From Macrostomum lignano (taxonomy: Eukaryota), in assembly GCA_002269645.1 (NCBI GenBank), contig NIVC01004293.1:1-51479 (forward strand): DNA of 51,479 nucleotides. The letters are read 5' to 3'. Below are positions 44,974 through 51,479 of the stretch, piece after piece. The notes under the pieces are model-generated. The model saw only the letters and a list, made by a program, of their open reading frames with translations, had not been told where the DNA came from and did not search any database. The position numbers and the translations under genes were made by a program. Position 1 is the stretch's first letter; the number at the start of each line of letters is the position of its first letter.

Positions 44974-46561
44974 TCTTCTCTTTTGTCAAGTACAGATTAA
45001 ATGCAAGTTATTTAGATAGTATATATCTTTTAGCAAAATACTTGTAATAATATTTGGTTACAGACTTGATTTGGAAATATTTGTTTAAACTATTATGGCC
45101 TGCTGTCTTTGATCAAAGTCTGGTGATTATGAGTATTTTAACGATAGTAAATATAGTAAAATGATTTAGATGACAGAATGCTATGCTATACAAGAGTAAG
45201 TGATACAGTAGTTGCGCAACTTTTAGCTTTTTTAGCCAATTTTAGTTATTTTAGCTAAATATATATTTAAGCTCCCCTACATATCGACTTCGATGCAAAC
45301 TCTTAGTGTGAAACAGTGTGACTCTCAATGTGTGATATTCAAAATTAGCCTAGGACTCAGAGGAATTTAGAGATTATTTATATATTGTTGGGCAAGGGCC
45401 TATATTATTATATGGACTATGGCTGGCTATCCTTAGGGCCTATAGGCTACAGGTATTCAATACAGGGTGTCTAGGCTCGAATCAGTTGAATTATATCAAT
45501 ACTAATTAGATAAAAGCCAAAGAAAAAGGCTATTTTAATGACTTATTCTATAGTCTAAAAGTTTTAGTTTTGAATATAGGCTAGGCAGCTAGGTCTAGAT
45601 TTTTGTTAATATTATTATTGTAAATATAATATAAATTTTTATTAGAATTAGAAAAGCTTGACTAATTTTCAGCAATAATGCAATTATCACCTTTAGTTAT
45701 GTTTCCATTCTAACCAAAACTTCTCATTTTGGCTTTTTTAAGGAATAGGCCTAGTTCTTGATTTCCCTCTTCACATTCGTAACAAACTAGAAAATACTTT
45801 GATGTTAGCTATTTGGTCTAGAAATTCTTTATACTTTTATTTGCTTACCTAAGTCAAGAATGGTCTTACAACTTCTCTTAGACTTATCTTTGACTTTAGC
45901 CAGCCTTTAAGATGTTGCCTAGACTTTAAAGAAATAATTTTAATTAAAATATAATGCAAAAATTAAAATTAACAATTTTAAGTAATAGCCAAGCCCTTGA
46001 CCTTAGTAAGGCAAAGAATAATAGACTAAATTGATAAATTGCTTTTAAGTTTTAAAAGACTATAAATGTATTGTAGTTAGATAATTTATATTAGTTTAAG
46101 CTGTTTAATTGCCAATGATAGTGAAAATATTAGTAGCTAGCTATTTATTGAAATTTAAAGATTAGGCCTATTTGGAAAATAAATATAGAGTTATTACAAT
46201 TAATAAATATTTATATTTTATAGTTGCTCAAGACAAGTTCATGAACTTTTTTGTCTTGATACTTTTGTTTTTTAGTATTATATAAAAATTCAAAAAAATT
46301 AGATAGGAACTATAATTGACCAAGCTATAAGGTATATTTAGCCAAGTCAACCTTTTACTGGGCTTTTAGCCTTTAAGCCTAGGCCTAATTTTAGCCTAGT
46401 TAGCCTTTTATAGCGAAGTTAACCTAGCATTCTTATTACTAGGCTATAGCCCTTTGGCTTTGTCTAATAATGATATATGAATTAATAATCTTTATATTGG
46501 CCCTAGTAACAGAAGAAATAATTCTGCATCTAAATTAAAGTAGAAGTCTAAATTATTTATA

Positions 46562-46726
46562 GGCGTGGATCCAGAAAATTTTTGAGGAGGGGCCAAGCTA
46601 TTACTAAGCCCTATAGCCCTATATTGGAAAATAGACCTGGTATAGTAGCAGGCCAAAAAGTATGACCAAAATTTTTTGGCCATGGCTAAGGGGGGATGGC
46701 TCACTTGCCCCCCTCTGGATCTACCT
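46562..46726. mobile_element. Small GGATCC-terminal MITE
   Basis: ggcgtggatccag ... ctggatctacct with G/C-run subtermini. Confidence 0.5.
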
Positions 46727-46742
46727 CCAACTATTTAATAAA

Positions 46743-47021
46743 CATGAATATTGCTTGCATATTTAATATATAATTAATGTAATGGTTTATAAGGCCATTG
46801 TGTAATATTTTTAGATAAAAAAATAAAAGAATTAAACTTTAAAGGGGCTTGCACTTTGTGTACCTCATTTTAAATCTATTATTATATTAATAAAAGTAAT
46901 GACAAAATTATTTAAGTTAGAAGTAAAGTTTGAGCTATTTTTTATTTTAAAAAAATATTACACAATGGCTTTATTAACCATTGTATTTATTAGAAATTGA
47001 ATATGCAAGCATTAATCATGC
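46743..47021. mobile_element. Foldback element with arms of about 85 bp
   Basis: catgaatattgcttgcatattt...aatggtttataaggccattgtgtaatattttt is inverted to aaaaatattacacaatggctttattaaccatt...aatatgcaagcattaatcatg. Confidence 0.75.
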
Positions 47022-48239
47022 ATATTACATAGTTTAGGCTTATACTTTAGTTTAAATTTTAAATGCAGAATTATTTGTTCTCTTTGAGGTAGAAGTTAGC
47101 TAGCTAAGTCAAACTGGTACTGCTAGTCGCATACTGTCTGGCTGCTGCATGTTACTATCTAAAAGATTATTTATATCATTATTAGACGAAGCCAAAGGGT
47201 TATAGCATAGTATAATAAGAATGCTTGGTTAACTTGGCTAAAAGGTTGGGGGTTCCATTCTGATTTAAAATAATTTGTTTTTGAATAAAATGCTTAATTC
47301 TATATTGCTTTAGCTTACTTAGCTATTGAATGGGTGCTAGCATTAGTCAAAAAGCTTAGGATAATTAAGGTATCTATATATTAAGTATTAAATAGATTAA
47401 GGAGCTAATAAATAGTGACCCTTTAGTCTTAAGACCAAACAGCCATATATAGCCTTTAGATATATCCCACAATTGCTGTAGCTGAGCTTTTGGGTATATT
47501 CTACTCATTTTAATATTATTATGTATTTTATATATAAACATAGTAAAGTTCTTTATTCATTTGAATTTTTTATATTTTAAAATAGGACTTAATTATAGTC
47601 TCATTAGTCTTTTTTGAAATAGCTTCTAATATCATTTCTTACATTATTTCTATTGAATTTTTAGAAATCCCTTCAACAAAAACCAAAAAAGATTAGTTGC
47701 TATGGCCTAAATGCCACAGCTGACAATCAATGGGTTGTGCTATGATACAATACAAAGGAACAGGAACATATTCACAGCCTGTTTATGTTGGTTCCTTTAC
47801 CTTTTAACCCTTTAGGACACAATTTTTGTTGTCCAGAAAGTTGTCTGGCTGTCTGAGATTTTTTGTACCAATTTTTGCACGACTGAAACCCGATTTTCAA
47901 ACCTTTCATGAACAGCTGCAGTACGCCCTTTGCAAGTACCTGTATAAAACGGAATGGACACAAAAATGGCCGGCTGTAACCTGTTTTGTAACCGTCATGG
48001 TCACCTATTACCATATTTTGGGACTGTTTTGTTCTGCGTCACATTATTACCCTTCACATTGACCACATTTAGACCATTTTGTTCAGGACCACAATGCTAC
48101 CATTCCGTAAATATCGTACAGTATTTCAGATGTCAGGTATTCTTTTTTACGAAGTGAGTAAGGAATATTATACATCAATTTCATATTCCAGTTTATCACT
48201 ACTCAATTTTGACAACCCCACTCCTCAAAGCAGGCTGTT

Positions 48240-48715
48240 GCACAGGAGGTGGCAGCGCTTCTTCATTGGAGCTTCTTCAGTTGTTTGGTCAAGTAGCTTT
48301 CAATTTCGAAACGGCGTAGCCAAGGTGGTGGTGGCAGCTGCCACACAGGTGGCGGCTGTCGCACAGGAGACGGCGGCGCTTCTTCATTGGAGCTTCTTCA
48401 GTTGTATGGTCAAGTAGCTTTCAGTTTCTAAATGGCGTTGCCAAGGCGGCAGTGGCGGCTGCCACACAGGTGGCGGCTGTCGCACAGGAGACGGCGGCGC
48501 TTCTTCATTGGAGCTTCTTCAGTTGTATGGTCAAGTAGCTTTCAATTTCGAAACGGCGTTGCCAAGGTGGCGGTGGCGGCTGCCGCACAGGTGGCGGCTG
48601 TCGCACAGGAGGCGGTGGCGCTTCTTCATTGGAGCTTCTTCAGTTGTATGGTCAAGTAGCTTTCAATTTTGAAACGGCGTTGCCAAGGCGGCGGTGGCTG
48701 TCCCACAGCTGTCAA
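48240..48715. repeat. 121-bp tandem repeat, about 4 copies
   Basis: cttcttcattggagc starts at 48258, 48379, 48500 and 48621. Confidence 0.93.
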
Positions 48716-50805
48716 ACAGGTAACCGTTTGAATTTTTTATAATGACTTATAACAAGTTTATTCATTCAACTGTACGGACTAGTTTCCTGTTACTACTTTT
48801 GAGCCTGAACAAAATGGTCACAGTTTACAGGTAACAATGTGACCCTGAACAGAACGTTCACAAAGCATGGTTAATAGTAATAGTTAATAGTAACATGTGA
48901 CCCTATTGTCACAAATAAGAATTCACATTAAGTGGTCAGCAGTGTTATGGACACAAGTGAAACGGTCACAGACCCTTTTTGTCACCGTGATGCATTTTAT
49001 GTGGTCATATTTCTTCGGTTAACTTTTTTGCAGTATTATATTATGTAATATGTGTGCTGTATTATTAGTTTTAAAATACATCAGTAAAGACAGTTGTGAT
49101 TGTGCACTATTCCATTGACTTTAATTATTTATGTGGATTTATCAAACATAGGTGTAATTGTAGGAATGTTAAAACTTATGGCAGAAATTGTTGTTGAAAG
49201 TTAATTTTAAAAACTCCATCTCGATGGGGTGCTTTCATAGAAATCAGGTGCTAGAAAAATCGTACTCAAAGCAATTTAAAGTCGTGTATATACGAATGTA
49301 TATGCTTAGGCATTAGTATATTTTTGCGTAGTACACTTCAACAACCACAAAAATTAAATGCATAAATGCTAAAATTATTAGCATTTAATTAGCATAAAAT
49401 TATTAGCATAAAATTATCACCAGCCCATTCGGCGATATGGATGATGAGGAGAAATCAAAACAGGAGCGTTGCATTTACATGCATCAGTACATGCTGAAGC
49501 GCAGAGCTGAGGCACAGGAGCAATCTCAATCAGCCCCCCTAACTGTCGCTTCCTCAAGCGGCAACTGTTCAACTGGCCTAAGAGGCAACTGTTCAACTGG
49601 CCTAGGAGCTGCTATCACTAGTGCGCCAAATGCAGTCCAAGGAGCTTCTAGCGATAGTGTGTCAACTGCAAGTTGATTTTATCTCTGATTTTCATTAGTT
49701 GGATCCTAATTTTTATTTTAGTTTCCAAATTTTGCAAGTAAGTAAAAAATGAACTTCTTAAGCTGCGTGTTACATGAATTTTGACTGCTCAAGTAATTAT
49801 TGGTTTTTTGTTTGTGCACAATCATTTATTTTCATTAATTTTACTCAGCAACATCATAAAGTCGCCATTGCAGAAGATCCATCTGTGAACTTTTAAGAGT
49901 GCAGGTAAAGTCTCTTCTTTGCGATTGACGCAACTCGGCTACGCCACGGCAGACTTGAGTTGAGGAATAAAGTGGGGGGAGCAGTGTGCAAGGGTTGGAC
50001 AAATTAAAGCTGCCCCGATCAGTTTTATTGTATCTTTTATTCCAGAATAGTCCAAGAGAAATTGCTCACTGGGGTATTGAGTGGCGATTTTTCAATGTTG
50101 CTGAGTACATTGCATTGGTTAACTCTTGTATCTGTTATTAAATGTTAAAAGGTGCTGTTTTATTTAATATTATATTAGTTTTTTATTTACAGTTTTTTGT
50201 TTTATGTATTCATTTTTATACAGTTCGTGTTGAGATCTGAAACCTCATGACGATACACTTGGGTATGTCCGACCTAGTAGTTTTACATCTCCGGGAACTG
50301 TACCGGTTTGTTCTTCCATTGGAATACAAATACAAACTCATACAATTTTTACATCTTCATGATTTAAAAGAAACAAATTATTACATTGGCTTATTTGCTT
50401 TTATAGTGTAATTCATTTTTCTATAGTGGGTATGTTGGGCATCTGGTGAAAATACCTCAATACATGTAGACGTGTTACTCATTGGATTGCCTAGGATCTG
50501 AATGGCAATAGATTGCCATTATTGCAATTTATTAGCTTGCAATTAATTACAATTTATTGCTACATTAAAAAAATTGCAATTTATTAGCATGTAAATAATT
50601 ACAATAAATTGACAATAATTACGTAATTTTCTTTGTAATTTTTTGTAATTCAATGCAATTTTGGTCAATTAGTGAAGGAACAGTTACGTTTGAACTTCCC
50701 AATTTAAAGCATTGAAGTATCGACTGTACATTCACTGCCTGCTAGTAAGAGGATCGCAAGTTTATTCATTGAATTTAGCTGCCCAGCTAATACACAGCCT
50801 TTTGA

Positions 50806-51250
50806 AAGACGCCGATAATAAAACCAATTGAATCTTGACACAGTCCTTATTTATCTGTTTACACAGTATATTGCTATGTACACACTCAGCCCAAACCAAC
50901 CCCCTATTCCGGGGGAATCATTAAATTTTACTGCACCCCCAACACGCAGGGGTTTTATTAGCATTAAACCCAGAACATGCGTCACCCACCCTCCAAAACA
51001 CAGCAACCCGCGGGAGGAGGTTGGGGTGAAGACGCCGATAATAAAACCAATTGAATCTCAACACAGTCCTTATCTATCTGTTTACACAGTATATTGCTAT
51101 GTACACACTCAGCCCAAACCAACCCCCCTATTCCGGAGGAATCATTAAATTTTACTGCACCCCACACACGCAGGGGTTTTATTAGCATTGAACCCAGAAT
51201 ATGCGTCACCCATCCCTCCAAAACATAGCGACCCGCGGAGGAGGTTGGGG
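50806..51250. repeat. 223-bp tandem duplication
   Basis: aagacgccgataataaaaccaattgaatct at 50806 and 51029. Confidence 0.92.
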
Positions 51251-51479
51251 TGGTTGTTTTTACAATTATGCCACTACCCCTCCACTGGAGAGGCAATGTG
51301 GCCAAAGAAGGTTAAGAAAACAGTTTTCTGCTTTTTTAATGGACTTAATTTTGAAAATTTCAACATTAAAATAGCCTATTTGTTGCATAGGAAAATTCTG
51401 GATTGATATATATAAGTCTCGCATTTAGGAGGAGCCATTTAGCCAGCCAGCCAATTATGAGGAGATACGTGTTAAACCC

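Larger units (their letters stand above)
38640..47700. other. Second CpG-depleted, TpA/CTAG-rich domain made of decayed transposons
   Basis: Only a few CG per kb by eye; abundant cctag/taggc; contains the MULE relic and several MITEs. Confidence 0.8.

Noticed and set aside
49437-49676. 79-aa ORF MDDEEKSKQ...
   Set aside because: Short, contains an internal 21-nt duplication, no recognisable motif.
51380-51438. Minus-strand ATG (MAPPKCET...) as ARFGAP1 exon 1; also a gtaaga donor near 47640
   Set aside because: No similarity to MASPRTR and no suitable donor; the 47640 candidate has an in-frame stop.

Overview
Eukaryotic, animal-type genomic DNA with GT-AG introns; no prokaryotic features and no CRISPR. 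GC-rich intron-poor genes, intronic minisatellites and acceptors close to start codons suggest a trans-splicing flatworm such as Macrostomum. That is an inference, not verified. Genes supported by homology I recognise from memory: INTS4 (minus, 2 exons, three apparent 1-nt deletions), an intronless TXNDC16/ERp90-like ER protein (plus), an FCP1/SCP-family HAD phosphatase-like gene (minus, 3 exons), two tandem intronless DNPH1/Rcl-like N-glycosidases (plus), SSX2IP/ADIP (minus) and ARFGAP1 (minus, 4 exons, first coding exon not found). There is also an ATG-less 102-nt exon at 618-719. Most introns carry their own minisatellite. Mobile DNA includes tRNA-derived SINEs, an RT fragment, an RNase H-bearing LINE 3' end with a TSD, an LTR/PBS relic, several MITE/foldback elements, a decayed SETD8-like SET domain and a MULE transposase relic. 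The most striking signal is two sharply bounded CpG-depleted, CTAG/TpA-rich domains (~5.5-8.9 kb and ~38.6-47.7 kb). In the second, the MULE transposase keeps its frame but is riddled with stops at conserved Gln/Arg positions and has Pro-to-Leu changes. These fit C-to-T changes in both CpG and CpA contexts, a RIP-like signature in an animal. All alignments and counts were done by eye.
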